Part shown: piece after piece, positions 50,673 through 62,283 of the stretch
How the letters are laid out: every line of letters starts with the position of its first letter
How positions within the stretch are numbered: the first letter of the stretch is position 1
Assembly (NCBI GenBank): GCA_963771175.1
Contig: CAVYSY010000026.1
Span: 352,001 to 416,000 of the forward strand
Direction of reading: 5' to 3'
Origin: an uncultured delta proteobacterium
GTDB lineage: Bacteria; Myxococcota; Myxococcia; Myxococcales; Myxococcaceae
Length of the DNA stretch: 64,000 bases
Program-made: the position numbers and the translations under genes
The notes under the pieces: generated by a model
What the model was told of the DNA's origin: nothing
The model's input: the letters and a program-made list of their open reading frames with translations, nothing else
Database searches by the model: none

Positions 50673-51637
50673 TCAGATCTTCCGCAGGCGGATGCGGCGC
50701 ACCTTGTGGTCCGGGCCCTTCATGAGGATGAGCCGCGCGCGCGAGCGGGTGGGCGCGATGTTCTCGCGCCAGGTTGGGGCCGTTGATCTCGCCCCAGACC
50801 GACTCGGCGCGGCGCAATGGCCTGCTCCTCGGTGAGCTCGGCGAAGCGGCGGAAGAAGGAGCGCTCGTCGCGGAACGCCGTCTCCCGCAGCTGCGAGGAA
50901 CCGCTCCACGTACCAGCGGCGGATGTCCTGCTCGTCGCGCGTCGACGTAGATGGAGAAGTCGAAGAAGTCCGACACGAAGGTCTGCGGCAGCTGCCCGCC
51001 CTCCACCGGCCGGTCTGCAGCACGTTGAGCCCCTCGAGGATGAGGATGTCCGGGCTGGCGGATCGACCTGTCGCCTCGTCCGGGACGATGTCGTAGACGA
51101 GGTGCGAGTACACGGGCGCGCGTCACCTCGGCGCGTCCCGGCCTTGAGCTCGGCGAGGAAGCGCACCAGGGCGCGCCGGTCGTAGCTCTCCGGGAAGCCC
51201 TTGCGGTTCATGAGCCCGCGCTCGGCGAGGACGCGGTTCGGGTAGAGGAACCCGTCCGTGGTCACCAGCTCCACGTGCGGGTGGTCCGGCCAGCGCGAGA
51301 GCAGCGCCTGCAGGATGCGCGCCGTGGTGCTCTTGCCCACCGCGACGCTGCCCGCGACGCCGATGACGAAGGGCACCTTCTGGGCGACCAGCTCGCCCAG
51401 GAACGCTGCTGGCGCCGACCAGAGGCTCTGCGTCGCGGCGACGTTGAGGTTGAGCAGCCGGGACAGCGGCAGGTAGATGTCCGCCACCTCGTCCAGGTCC
51501 AGGTGCTCCCCGAGGCCGCGCAGCCCCTCGACCTCCTCCGCGGACAGCGGGAGCGGGGTCGCGGCACGCAAGGCCCTCCACGCGTCGCGCTCGAAGTCGA
51601 CGAACATGGATGCGGCCTGTGACTTGGGTGCGGACAT
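50673..51637 (-). CDS. coaA: Type I pantothenate kinase (multiple apparent sequencing frameshifts)
   Basis: [48 protein letters not shown] and INGPNL. Confidence 0.93.
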
Positions 51638-51891
51638 AGGACACTCCTCCCTGGGGGCCGGCCCATCCTACCGAAGCGTCCAGCGGCTGACGGAAACCTC
51701 TTCAACTGTCCACCGCCCCACGCCTGAAACATCCAGCACCCACTACTGGGAAGCAGAATGACGGATAGCCTCTACATGAATTGCGCGAATACCGGCATTT
51801 TCCTCTAGAGCACAGGCCAGGCAGGCTTGGCGGCGCGTGAGTGACGCGCGGGACTTCGAGGAAGTCGACCCCTCGGAACTGGAGAGAGCGC

Positions 51892-52839
51892 ATGGAAACC
51901 ACCCCCGTCTGGCAGCACCACCACGCGGGTCGAGGACTCCGGGCCGGGCCGCGCATCGCGGCGCTGCTGCTGGCCGTCGCCGTGGGCTGTGGCCCCGTGG
52001 AAGGAGCTCCCGAGCTCCAGGAGCCCGTCAGCCAGGCCCAGGAGCTCAGCTCCACCAACAGTGAGACGCCCAACGGGCTGGCCTTTAACGGCCTCGCCTT
52101 CAATGGGCTGGCCTTCAATGGCCTCGCGTTCAACGGCCTGTCGAGCAGCGAGTTCTCCTCCTGGTTCCAGCAGAACGACACGCTGGCCGAGATGGTCATG
52201 CGCTACATCGTCACCTGCGCCGTGCCCTTCGGAGAGACGCGCACGTACACGGACACCAAGGGAAGGACCTATGTGTGGCAGGGCTCGCTGGGGCTGGCGC
52301 CGGACTGGGCCAACGGCCAACCCGCGACCGTGACCGAGCAGCAGCTCGTCTCCGCGTGCCTGGCCGCCCACGTCAACAAGTACGGGCGCAGCGTCATCAT
52401 CTCCATCCAGGGCGCCAACGCACACGGGCAGCCCATCCCCACCACGCAGGAGGAGCTGCAGCAGTTCTCGCAGCGGGAGGGCTGCTTCTTCGGCAACCTC
52501 TTCACCAACGAGGGTGTCTTCGTTGGCAACGACGGAAGACTGCTGGACTCGAACGAGAGCAGCGTGCGCGCGTGCGCGCTCTCGCAGGGCAATGGCAGGG
52601 GCAACGCGTGTCCGCCCATCGAGTATGTCGGGAGCTGCGCCGCGAGCTGCACGCCGGACTCCACGAACACGTACTTCACGCAGTGCACCCGCGGCGGCAT
52701 CACCTACGTGCCCCTCACCACCCGCATCCGTCCCCAGGAGATCTACCGGTGCGGAGACGGCATCTGCGAGCTCACCGAGTCCTGCGGCATCGGCCTGAGC
52801 ACCCTCCACTGCACGCTGGATTGCGGCATCTGCCTCTGA
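51892..52839 (+). CDS. Cys-rich lipoprotein with NGLAF pentapeptide repeats
   Basis: Lipobox AVGC; (NGLAF)x4; YIVTCA, VSACLAAHVN and EGCFFGNLF. Confidence 0.75.
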   Translation: METTPVWQHHHAGRGLRAGPRIAALLLAVAVGCGPVEGAPELQEPVSQAQELSSTNSETPNGLAFNGLAFNGLAFNGLAFNGLSSSEFSSWFQQNDTLAEMVMRYIVTCAVPFGETRTYTDTKGRTYVWQGSLGLAPDWANGQPATVTEQQLVSACLAAHVNKYGRSVIISIQGANAHGQPIPTTQEELQQFSQREGCFFGNLFTNEGVFVGNDGRLLDSNESSVRACALSQGNGRGNACPPIEYVGSCAASCTPDSTNTYFTQCTRGGITYVPLTTRIRPQEIYRCGDGICELTESCGIGLSTLHCTLDCGICL

Positions 52840-52857
52840 GCCGCCCGGCGCGGAGCC

Positions 52858-54642
52858 CTACTCGCCGGCTGGCTTGAAGAGGAACGGGTACGTCACGACG
52901 ACGCTCCCTCCCCCCTTGGGCCTGGGGAACACCCACCCGCGCACGCGGCCGGCCACGCATCGCTCCAGCTCCGTGTTGTCCGTGGTGGCCTGCGCCACCT
53001 CCGAGGAGGCCACCACGCCCTCCGCCGAGAATGACGAAGCGGATGGCCACCTTGCCGGACAGCGAGGGGTGGCGGTTGAGTTGGCTCTCGTAGCAGTAGC
53101 GGACCTGCGAGCGGTTGAGCTGGATGACCTTGCGGATGAGCTCCCGGTCCAGGGGGTTGGAGATTTGCACCTCCTCGGTGGCGATGCTCACGCTCGCACT
53201 CTGCTTCCGGCCGAGCTTCTCCGACCCGTTGCCGTAGTCCGCCTCCCCACTGGAGCGCCCCCGGATTCCTCCGTTCCCGATGAGTCCGACGGTCTCGCCA
53301 GCTGGGTTCCCCGAGGGCCCACCGCGTAGCCCCAGCAGGCCAAGGCTCCCGTTGGCGCTGGTCCGGGTGCCGCCGACTTTGCCCAGGGCGCCCGCGAGTT
53401 TGCTGCCCGGCCCCTGGAAGAGGTTGGCGGTACTCCCGCCACTGAAGAGACCCGCACGAGCTCTCGGGCCCCCGATGCGCCGCCCCGCTGGCTCTTCGAG
53501 GGAAGGCGCGGCTCTGGTCTGGGCGCCACGGCCCTATCCGTCACGAGGTTGTCCCTCGGGCGAGGCCTGGAGGAATCCCGCTCGATCTCCTGCTCCAGCC
53601 GTCGCGCGTCGAGTTGCTGGAGCAGTCGGTTCTGCTTCACCTCGGGCGGTTTGACGATGAGCCTGGCGATGCGGGACGTGTTGCTGGAGAGCTCGTCCGC
53701 ATAGGAGACCTCGTCAGCGCCCTGGTTGACGGCGCTGATGACGAAGAAGGCCGCGAGGAAGAACGTCACCAGGAAGATGTTGACGACGGTGAAGTCCAGC
53801 GAGTCCCCCAGGGGCGCCGCCGCGCGACGGGGCACCGGCTGGAAGCACACCTCCAGCGTGACGCCGCCGAGGTCCACCCAGAGGAAGTCCTCCGTCTCCA
53901 ACGAGAGGGCATAGGCCTCGCCCTCATGCGAGGCGAGACCGGACTCGATGACGGCCTGGAGGTCGAGCGTCTCCCCCTTCCGGGTGAGCCCGCCCTTCAT
54001 CCGGCTGGTGAAGCCGGCGGTGAAGCCCTGCCCATCGGTGCGCAGCACTTCGAAGCGCGAGGCTCCCAGCCGGGCATCCCCCATGACGAAGTCCACGCCC
54101 TCGGCGGTGCCCACGCTGAAGCCCTTCCGGGCACCCGGCGCTACGAAGAACTCGCCCACGTTTTGCTCGCCCCACAGGAAGCGAAGACTCACTCCGAGCG
54201 GCCCACGCGCCTTGTGCGAAGGCACCCGGCGCACGCGCGGCATCATCTCCACGGGAGCAACCATGGGGACCGGAGCGGCCTGGGCCTGTGGTGCGCTTGA
54301 TGGAACCTCGGAGCTGGCGGCCGGTGTCGGCGCGGCCACCTCCGTGGGGCGCTCCAGGCGGAGTGTGGTGCCGCCCACCAGCACCTCATCCCCGAAGGTG
54401 AGGCGACCTTTGCTCACCCGCTTGCCGTTGACGTGGGTGCCCCCGATGCTGCCCATGTCTGTGATGGACAGGCTTCCATCGGCGCCCACCTCGATGACGG
54501 AGTGGATGCGACTGACCTTCTCGTCCTCCAGGCACAGGTGCGAGGAGGCGAGGCGGCCGATCTTGATGATGTCGCGCTCGAAATCACGAGACGTCACGAG
54601 CACGTCCCCCTTGAAGACTTTGAGTCTGACAGGAATGGCCAT
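52858..54642 (-). CDS. FHA + TM + TonB-C (AgmX/PglI-type) protein, GltG-like (frameshifts)
   Basis: FHA motifs IGR, SRIHS and DMGSIGGTHVNG; TM helix; C-terminal IRKVIQLNRSQVRYCYE...YPFLF. Confidence 0.8.
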
Positions 54643-54733
54643 GGTGGCTCCGATGGGTGGGCGAAGCACCAGACATCGCGCGCGATAACAGGTTCCCGGA
54701 ACACGACGGGAGCGCTGTGGCACAGTCACCCAT

Positions 54734-55195
54734 GTGAACCGCTCCGCGCTCCTCCCGCTGCTGCTCTTGTCGTGTGCCGTGGCCTGCTCGCGTCGCATGG
54801 AGTCCCCGGCGCTCGGGCTCCAGTACGAGCCCCCTCCGGGCATGGCCCTGCGCGCCGAGGAGTCTGGCCCACCCGCCGTGGCGCGCTTCGAGGGAGGCCT
54901 GGAGTTGCGCTCGGTGGAGGGAAAGCCGCCCGCGCTCGACGCGGCGCCGGAGCAGGTGCTGGGTGCCGCGGGAATCCCAGTGCCGGGCAGACCATTGAAC
55001 GCCACCCAGGGAACGCTCACCGCGGGTCCGGTGGCGCGCTACGAGTTCCAGCAGGGCACGTCGCGGACCCTCGTGTACTTCCTCCCCCGCCCCGAGCGCT
55101 TCGTGCTCGTCCTCTACTCCGCACCCGAGCGGGACTACGGACCCGGCTCGGCGCGGGTGGAGCGCTCGCTCTCCACGTTGAAGCCGACGCGCTGA
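54734..55195 (+). CDS. Hypothetical lipoprotein
   Basis: Signal/lipobox LLLLSCAVAC. Confidence 0.6.
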   Translation: MNRSALLPLLLLSCAVACSRRMESPALGLQYEPPPGMALRAEESGPPAVARFEGGLELRSVEGKPPALDAAPEQVLGAAGIPVPGRPLNATQGTLTAGPVARYEFQQGTSRTLVYFLPRPERFVLVLYSAPERDYGPGSARVERSLSTLKPTR

Positions 55196-55201
55196 GTCGG
55201 G

Positions 55202-56386
55202 TCACGGGCAGGGCCGCGCGTAGCGCACGGAGTTGCCCGCGCCGAAGAGCTCGTACCGGTAGCCGACGAACACCGTCCCGGCTGCATCCAGCCCGAGGAC
55301 GCTCTCCTCGAGGTTCGTTGCCCCGGCCTGCCCCTCGATGCTGAGGATGGGGGTATAGCGCCAGGTGCCGCCACCCGCGGGCAGGGTCGCGTAGACGATT
55401 TTCGGATTCTGGGACCGGTCCAACAGCGCGTGGAGATTGCCGACCGCGTCCACCTTCAGATCGATCGCGTTGCCGACGGAGGCGCCCACGCCATTGATCG
55501 CCCAGGTGCCGTTCTGCTTCACCGCGTGATGGGCGTACCAGCGGACATAGGCATAGAGCAGGTGAGGACGGCCCGAGAGGTCGATCGCGAGCACGGGCGC
55601 ATTGCCGTCGATGTCCTCGACGCGTTCACTCACCCAGGAGCCCGAGGCGTTGGTGGCGTAGAAGATGCCGGAGCTGAATTCCGCACGCCAGGCGATGTGG
55701 GCATTGCCCTGGGCATCGACCGCGAGGTCCGCTCTGGCATCGAGGTCATGGCGCACATCGATGGCAAGATCCTCGACAGCCCACTGCCCGGAGCGGTTGG
55801 TCGCATAGCCGAGGTGGTGCCCGCTGTCCGTGCTCTGGGTGAGAAGGATGTGGGCGAATCCCCACTTGTCGACCTTCAGCGCCACCGGGTCGCGGTCCCA
55901 GGCCGCCAGGGTGCTCTGCCACGCGCCCGACTGGTCATGGCCGTAATGGGTGTGGCCATTGAAAGAGAAGAGCAGGTGTCGCGCGCCCTCCGCGTCGAGG
56001 GTGAGTCCCCTCACATATCCCTGCAGCTCACCCGCGGGAACCAGAGCATCCCCCGGCCACGTGCTGCCCACGTAGATCCGGTTGTCGCTCTTGGAGACGG
56101 CGAGGTGCCCCACTCCCTGGGAGTCGAAGGCGAAGGCCGAGCGCGTGACATTCGCCGCCAGCTCGCGTGACTGCCAGCAACCCGCATCCGGGAGCTGGCC
56201 CGCCTCCGGCTCCTCGTTCGGAGGCAGGCCCGCATCATCCTCGACCTCATCCGGGGGCCGGCCCCCATCCTGGCCGTTGCCCGCGTGGTTCGCGAGGATG
56301 ATGTCGAGCCGGATGGGGTCGCAGGCGCCCAGCAGGAGACTGATGAGGGCGGCGGCGAAAGGAAGGAGCAGATAGCTGAGTTTCAC
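55202..56386 (-). CDS. Lipoprotein with beta-propeller-like repeats
   Basis: Lipobox LLGAC; repeated LAVD.xG..HI...YATN.SG.W units. Confidence 0.65.
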   Translation of the reverse strand: MKLSYLLLPFAAALISLLLGACDPIRLDIILANHAGNGQDGGRPPDEVEDDAGLPPNEEPEAGQLPDAGCWQSRELAANVTRSAFAFDSQGVGHLAVSKSDNRIYVGSTWPGDALVPAGELQGYVRGLTLDAEGARHLLFSFNGHTHYGHDQSGAWQSTLAAWDRDPVALKVDKWGFAHILLTQSTDSGHHLGYATNRSGQWAVEDLAIDVRHDLDARADLAVDAQGNAHIAWRAEFSSGIFYATNASGSWVSERVEDIDGNAPVLAIDLSGRPHLLYAYVRWYAHHAVKQNGTWAINGVGASVGNAIDLKVDAVGNLHALLDRSQNPKIVYATLPAGGGTWRYTPILSIEGQAGATNLEESVLGLDAAGTVFVGYRYELFGAGNSVRYARPCP

Positions 56387-56471
56387 GAAGACAGTCCTCG
56401 TTGCGATGTGCTGCCAGGAATACGGAGCGAGGAGTCCGACTGGTCGTCCGCCATCCCATTTTTCGTGGGGC

Positions 56472-58197
56472 TCAGCGCCCGAGCGACAACGCCATGCCCC
56501 ACATCGGCTCCCACACCTCCCCGCCATCCGAGGTGACGAGGTCCGTCCCGAGGAAGGCCGACGCGCGGATCCGGAAGTCCTTCACGCGCGCCACCACGCC
56601 ACCGGACAGTTGGGCGGAGAGCACGGTGGGGTCCCCCTGCGTCCCGCCCGGGAACTTCACGCCCAGCAGGCCCCAGCCCGCGGCGGCCTCGACGAACGGG
56701 CTCACGGGACGGGCGCCCTGGAGGCCCACGAGCCCCTGCACCGTGACCCGGTGGAGATACACCTCGGAGACAGGCAGGGGCGTGAAGGCATACGAGGCGC
56801 GCGCGCCGAACGAGAGGAGTCCCGGCGTGCGCCAGGCCACGCTCGGCCCGGTGACGAGTCGGCCGAGCCCCAGCGGAGCCCGCGAGGCCATGACGCCCAC
56901 CTCCCACGCGGAGCCCTGCCTGGGCTTGGGCGCGGACAAGACGAAGGGCGGCACGAGCACCCCGCCTCCACCGGCCGGCGTGAAGTCCACCGGAACGAAG
57001 GGAGAGGTGGCCACGTACCGCTCATAGAAGCCCCGGTCGAAGACCACCGAGAAGAGCCCGCGCCGCAGCGAGTCCTCCACCGGACCACGCTCCTGCAGCT
57101 CGCGAGGCCTCAAGCGGAGCCGGGGCACGCCTCCGCCGAGCCGCGCGAGCGCGATGCGGACTTCGGCGGTCGGCGTGCGCACCCAGTAGGCGTCGCGGGC
57201 GGGCAGGCGCAGCGCGAGCGACTGTCCCTCGGCGCGCCGCACGTCCGCCAGCCGCCGGCCGTCCTCGTCCTCCACCGAGATGCGCGCGTGCTCGAAGTCC
57301 GCCGGGAGCACGAGGCTCGGGCCCTCGGGAGAGGGGCCCACCAGGGCGCGCCGCGGCTCTCTCGCCGGGGCATGGGCGCGCACGGAGAGCCGGGCGGGCA
57401 GCGCCTTCACGCCCTCCAGCGAGGCGGCGACGAAGGCGGCCAGCTCGCTGTACTCCACCGCCCCATCCCCGTTGACGTCCGCGCCCCCATCAACCCCGAG
57501 CGCACCACGTGGCTGAAGACGCCCGCGCGCAGGCGGGACCACTCGTGCGTCTCGCCGCTGTCGCTCTCGGCGAAGGTGGCGCCCACGTGGGGCCTCGCGG
57601 CGAGCTGCTCGCGCTCCAGTGCCCGCGCAATTGTGCCAGCACCGCCGCGTCCGCCTCACCCCGGCTCCCCACCACACCCGAGGCCCGGCAGGCATCCACG
57701 ATGACGTGGACGAAGTCCGCCCCGAGCGGGTCCACCAGCCGCTCGTAGAAGCTCGTCCGGTCCAGCCGGCCCCCCAGCACGGTGAAGTAGGAGCGGCCCG
57801 CCTCGTCGGTGTTGCCGTGGCCCACGTAGACGAGCAGCACGTCCGTCTGCCGCCCCGCCGCGTGGTCCGCCTGGATGGCCTCGCGCAGGTCCGCCACCAC
57901 CCGGGACACCTCCTCGAGCGAGGGGGGCCGAACGCCCACCGAGAGCACCGCGGCGCCCGTCTGGCGCGTCTCCGCGTCAGGGTCCACCAGCAGCGTGGTC
58001 TCCACGCCCAGCCGCCGCAGCGTCTCCGTCCACATCACTCCATCGTCGTCCGCGTAGCGCAGCGGAGGCAGGGCCGGGTCATCACTGGCGTTGTGGGCGA
58101 TGACGAGCGCGCGGCGCACCGGGGGGGCCGCGGAGACCAGGGTGGAAGCAAGCAGCACGGCGACCGCGAGCACCACTCCCGGATGGCGAAGACTCAT
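56472..58197 (-). CDS. Secreted caspase-like (C14) protease with a C-terminal beta-barrel-like region (frameshifts at about 57490-57630)
   Basis: Signal peptide; LRYADDD; His in YVGHG and Cys in IVDACRAS. Confidence 0.8.
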
Positions 58198-58946
58198 GGA
58201 GACTCCTCTACCCGAACGGGCACGCGGAGCACCACCGCCCCCGGAGTGCCATCCCCCCGCAGGGCGCCCAGCGCGGCCCCGGGCGAGTCCGCGAACGCGG
58301 CGATGACCTCCGCCTGGCCCGAGGGCATGCGGAGGAGCACGGTCGTCTCCAGCGGCTGCTCCGCCCCGGGGCGTCCGGAGATGACGAAGGGCCCCTCGGT
58401 GGTCTGGAGCCCTTCGCCGCGCACCGCCACCGCGACCTGGAGGAGCGGCGCCTCGGCTCCCACGGCGAAGGCCAGCATCGCGCCCGAGGGACACGACGCC
58501 TCGACCTGCTTCAACTCGCGAAGGGGCTGCTGCCGCACGGCGCAGAACACGCGCAGCACCGCTCGGGAGGGACGTCCCACGCCCCGGGACTGCCACTCCC
58601 CGACGTCCCCGGGCCGGACGAGCACCAGGGCCGCGAAGCACAAGGCCGCCAGCATTCCGCCCGCCACGGCCAGCGAGGGCCAGCGCCAGCGCTCCGTCTC
58701 CGGGGCCGCCGCCGACAGTGCCGCCTCCAGCCCCACCTCCGCCAGCATCCCCTCTTCCGTCCGGGTGGGCGTGTGAAGGTCGCCGCGCTCCAGCATCCGG
58801 TGGGCCTGGACCAGCCGCTCGTACTGACCGCCGCACCGCTCGCAGGCGCGGGCATGCCGCAGCAGCCGGGCGGACTGGCTCGGGGACAGCGAGCCCTCGG
58901 CCCAGCGCGCCAGCAGGCCGTCCACATGACCGTCGAACCACCTCAT
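58194..58946 (-). CDS. zf-HC2 anti-sigma factor with TM and periplasmic domain
   Basis: HARACERC and a TM helix; stop overlaps the caspase start. Confidence 0.75.
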   Translation of the reverse strand: MRWFDGHVDGLLARWAEGSLSPSQSARLLRHARACERCGGQYERLVQAHRMLERGDLHTPTRTEEGMLAEVGLEAALSAAAPETERWRWPSLAVAGGMLAALCFAALVLVRPGDVGEWQSRGVGRPSRAVLRVFCAVRQQPLRELKQVEASCPSGAMLAFAVGAEAPLLQVAVAVRGEGLQTTEGPFVISGRPGAEQPLETTVLLRMPSGQAEVIAAFADSPGAALGALRGDGTPGAVVLRVPVRVEESP

Positions 58947-59757
58947 ATGCCGCTCCCCATTCCGCACAAGGCGATGAAGACCAGGACGAGCCCGTCCGTG
59001 GCATGTCGGGGTACGGAGGGGCCTCCTCCAGCCACCCCCGGGCCCGCAGGTGCTCGGTGAACTGCGTCCGCAATCGCCGCTCGCGAACCCGCACCTCGCC
59101 ACGGGTGAGCAGGAGCTGCTCGGCGGCGACCTCCTGCGAGAGCCCCTCCATGAAGCGCAACCGCGCGAGCGCCCGCGCCTCCTCGGGCAACCCGTCGAGG
59201 AACTGGCGCACCAGGACGCGCACCTCGGTCTCCAGCGCCTGCTCCTCGGGGCCGCGGTCCTCCGAGGGCGCATGGGTCAGCTCGGGAGCATCGTCCAGCG
59301 GCACGGCCTCGCGGGCGACGCGGCCCGAGGCACGCAACAGGTCGAAGGCCGTGGAGCGCGCGATGGTCAGCAGGAAGCCGAGGTAGGGCCGCACCCCGTC
59401 GTAGGCCTGGCGCATGGCGGGCCGGAAGGCACGGACGAACGTCTCCTGGTGCGCCGCCTCGAGGTCCAACGCCCCCAGCGAGACGCTGCCCACGCCCGAG
59501 GCGGAGCGCACCGGGAAGCGCTTCGCCAGGTAGCGGACCACCTCCGGCGAGTACGCACGGTACACGCGCGTGAGCGTGGCGCGATCTCCCTCACGGAAAG
59601 CCAGCAGTACGGCCCGGTCGCTTCCTGGCAGCAGCACGAGTCTCCCATCCACCCCGGGTGGCCGGCTCCTGGGTCCGGCGCGTTCCTCCCGGCTTTTCTC
59701 CACATACGGAGCGAGCCCGCCGGGCTGGTCGTTCAGGGCGTCGAAATCGTCCTCCAC
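58943..59757 (-). CDS. ECF RNA polymerase sigma factor (3' frameshift; start uncertain)
   Basis: HQETFVRAF, FLLTIARS and RFMEGLSQEVAAEQLLLTRGEVR. Confidence 0.8.
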
Positions 59758-59948
59758 TCGCTATCCCTCTGAAAGGACTCAGCTTGCCGAAGCTCGGCGC
59801 CACACATATGTGAGGCAGTTGACACCGTACCGACCTTCGGGCGCTTGTCCGCCACCTCGTTCTCCTCATTCGAAAGTGCGGCGCCAGAGACGGGCTCGGA
59901 CGCACCCCGACTTGATGCGGCCGCCAAAACCATGTAGCCGGGCGGCCG

Positions 59949-61200
59949 ATGTCCGCACTCGCCCCTTCCACTCCTGAGCACCCCGCGGAGCCTCCGCCCA
60001 CGGTCTCCTTCGACAACACGGCCATTGCCTTCGCCACCAGGAGCGATGCGCAGATGCGCAAGGCGCACCTGCTCTTCGCCTCGTTGAGCCATCCCTGGTT
60101 GGTGCGCTTCGGCATTCCCCTGTCCGCCTGGCTGGTGCGGATCGGCATGCCGGGAGTCCGGCTGGCCGTCCGGCACACCGTCTTCGAGCAGTTCTGTGGA
60201 GGTGAGAGCATCGAGGAGTGCGACGCGGCCGTCGAGGCGCTCGGACGTCATGGAGTGCAGTCCATCCTCGACTACAGCGTGGAGGGCGAGAAGTCCGAGG
60301 ACAGCTTCGAGGCCACCGCGCGTGAGACGCTCGCCACCATCGAGTGGGCGGCGAGCCACCCGCACATCCCGTTCAGCGTCTTCAAGGTGACGGGCCTGGC
60401 GCGCTTCGGTCTGCTGGAGAAGCTCGACGCGGGCGAGTCTCTCGAGCGCCGACGAGCAGGCCGAGTGGGACCGGGTGCGCGAGCGCGTGCTGCGCATCTG
60501 CCAGCGCGCCCACGAGCGGGGCGTGCGGATCTTCCTCGACGGCGAGGAGACGTGGATCCAGGACGTCATCGACGGGCTCGGCGAGGAGATGATGGCCCGC
60601 TTCAACCAGGAGCGGCCGCTCGTCTACAACACCTACCAGATGTACCGGACGGCGAGCCTGGGCAACCTGCGCTCGGCGCTGGAGCGGGCGAACGCCGAGG
60701 GGTACTTCCTCGGGGCCAAGCTGGTGCGCGGCGCGTACATGGAGAAGGAGCGGCTGCGGGCGAAGGAGCGCGGCTATGCGGATCCCATCCAGCCGGACAA
60801 GGCCACCACCGACGCCGACTACGATCGCGCCCTGCTCTTCTGCCTGGACCACCTCGACCGGATGGCGCTCTGCGCGGGCACGCACAACGAGGCGAGCTGC
60901 CGGTTGCTGCTCCGAGAGATGGCGCGGCGCGGCATCGCCCCGAACGACCCGCGCGTCTTCTTCAGCCAGCTCTACGGGATGAGCGACAACATCTCGTTCA
61001 ACCTGGCGAAGGCCGGCTACAACGTCGCCAAGTACCTGCCCTATGGCCCGGTGCGCGCCGTGCTGCCGTACCTCATCCGCCGCGCGCAGGAGAACAGCGC
61101 CATCGCCGGGCAGGGCGGGCGCGAGGTCCGGTTCATCCGCGACGAGCTGCGGCGGCGCAAGCAGACCCGGGCGCTCGGCACCGGCCAGTCGCCGAGCTGA
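59949..61200 (+). CDS. Monofunctional proline dehydrogenase (frameshift near 60445)
   Basis: QFCGGE, ILDYSVEG, KLVRGAY, GTHN, QLYGM and KYLPYGP. Confidence 0.9.
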
Positions 61201-61221
61201 GCCCCGGGCGAGGCGCGTCCC

Positions 61222-61992
61222 TCACGGACGAGGGAGGACCTCGCGCAGGAACTGCTGCGTCTCCAGGAGCACGGTGTCGTCGACTCCGTGCCCGAGCGTC
61301 GGCAGCACCCGCACACGGACGCGAGCGCCACGGGCCTCGAGTCCATGCGCGGCCTCGTCGACGAGCCCGACGGGCATGAGGGTGTCACGAGCACCGTGAA
61401 CCAGGAGCACCGGCGCGGAGGTCATGCCCGGGGTCGGCGGCGCGTCTTCGGCGAGGCGCCCGGACAGCGCCACGATGGCCATCGGCGCCGGTTGGCGGTG
61501 GAGCACGAGCCAGTTGGCCAGGATGGCGCCCTGTGAGAAGCCGACCACGACCAGCCGATCGCGCCCCAGGCCGCGTGCCGCGAGGGCGCCGTCAATCCAC
61601 GACGAGACCTCGGCTCCGGCCTGCCGCACGCGCGCGGGGCGGTTCTGCTCGGTGACCCCACGAATACTGAACCACTGCCGTCCCGTGGGCGCGCCATCGA
61701 ATGGGTGCAGGCCGTCTGGGACGACGAACTCCGCGTGAGGCAAGGCGGGGGCGAGTGCGCGAGCGACGGGCAGGAACGAATCCGCGCTCGCCCCCACGCC
61801 GTGCAGGAACACCACCAGGTACTCGGCCCGGCCCGCTGCCGGTTCGAGCGTGAGCACGCGCGGAGGCGCGAGGGTCGTCGGAACATCAGGCATCGGTGTC
61901 TTCTCCGTGGCGGAAGGGTTGGAGCGGCTACAGCCCGCCGCGAACGCGACGAGCACCGCGAGCGACAGGGCCATCCGGCGGTACGAGCCCAT
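61222..61992 (-). CDS. Phospholipase/carboxylesterase alpha/beta hydrolase
   Basis: LHGVG, GFSQG, VHGARD and LGH. Confidence 0.85.
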   Translation of the reverse strand: MGSYRRMALSLAVLVAFAAGCSRSNPSATEKTPMPDVPTTLAPPRVLTLEPAAGRAEYLVVFLHGVGASADSFLPVARALAPALPHAEFVVPDGLHPFDGAPTGRQWFSIRGVTEQNRPARVRQAGAEVSSWIDGALAARGLGRDRLVVVGFSQGAILANWLVLHRQPAPMAIVALSGRLAEDAPPTPGMTSAPVLLVHGARDTLMPVGLVDEAAHGLEARGARVRVRVLPTLGHGVDDTVLLETQQFLREVLPRP

Positions 61993-62183
61993 CAGCCCTT
62001 GGTCGAGGCTTTGGTCTCGCCCCCGACCCCCCAGTTCTCCGCCGGCAGTTCCCTCAGGAGCACACGGATGCTGGCGCGCGGCACGCCGAGCACCCGCTCG
62101 GCCGCATCGGTCAGCTCGCGAATGAGCTCCGCCTTCCGCTCCGGGGGTCGCCCCTCGATGAGGGTGACGTCGATGATGGGCAT
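61992..62183 (-). CDS. 4-oxalocrotonate tautomerase family protein
   Basis: Pro1 (MPIIDVTLIEGR) and ENWGVGG. Confidence 0.9.
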   Translation of the reverse strand: MPIIDVTLIEGRPPERKAELIRELTDAAERVLGVPRASIRVLLRELPAENWGVGGETKASTKG

Positions 62184-62267
62184 GAGAGTGCTCCCAGAAC
62201 TCGGGTTCCCAGGCTCTATAATGAGCGTTGCCGTGGCGGCACTAGAGGCCCAAGCCACAAAAGACCA

Positions 62268-62281
62268 TTCCACCGGTGGAA
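62268..62281. promoter_or_regulatory. Palindrome, probable LysR operator
   Basis: TTCCACCGGTGGAA lies between the divergent tautomerase and LysR genes. Confidence 0.45.
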
Positions 62282-62283
62282 CA

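Noticed and set aside
50673..51637. coaA pseudogene
   Set aside because: A normally essential enzyme with conserved motifs across frames; the indels are most likely sequencing errors.
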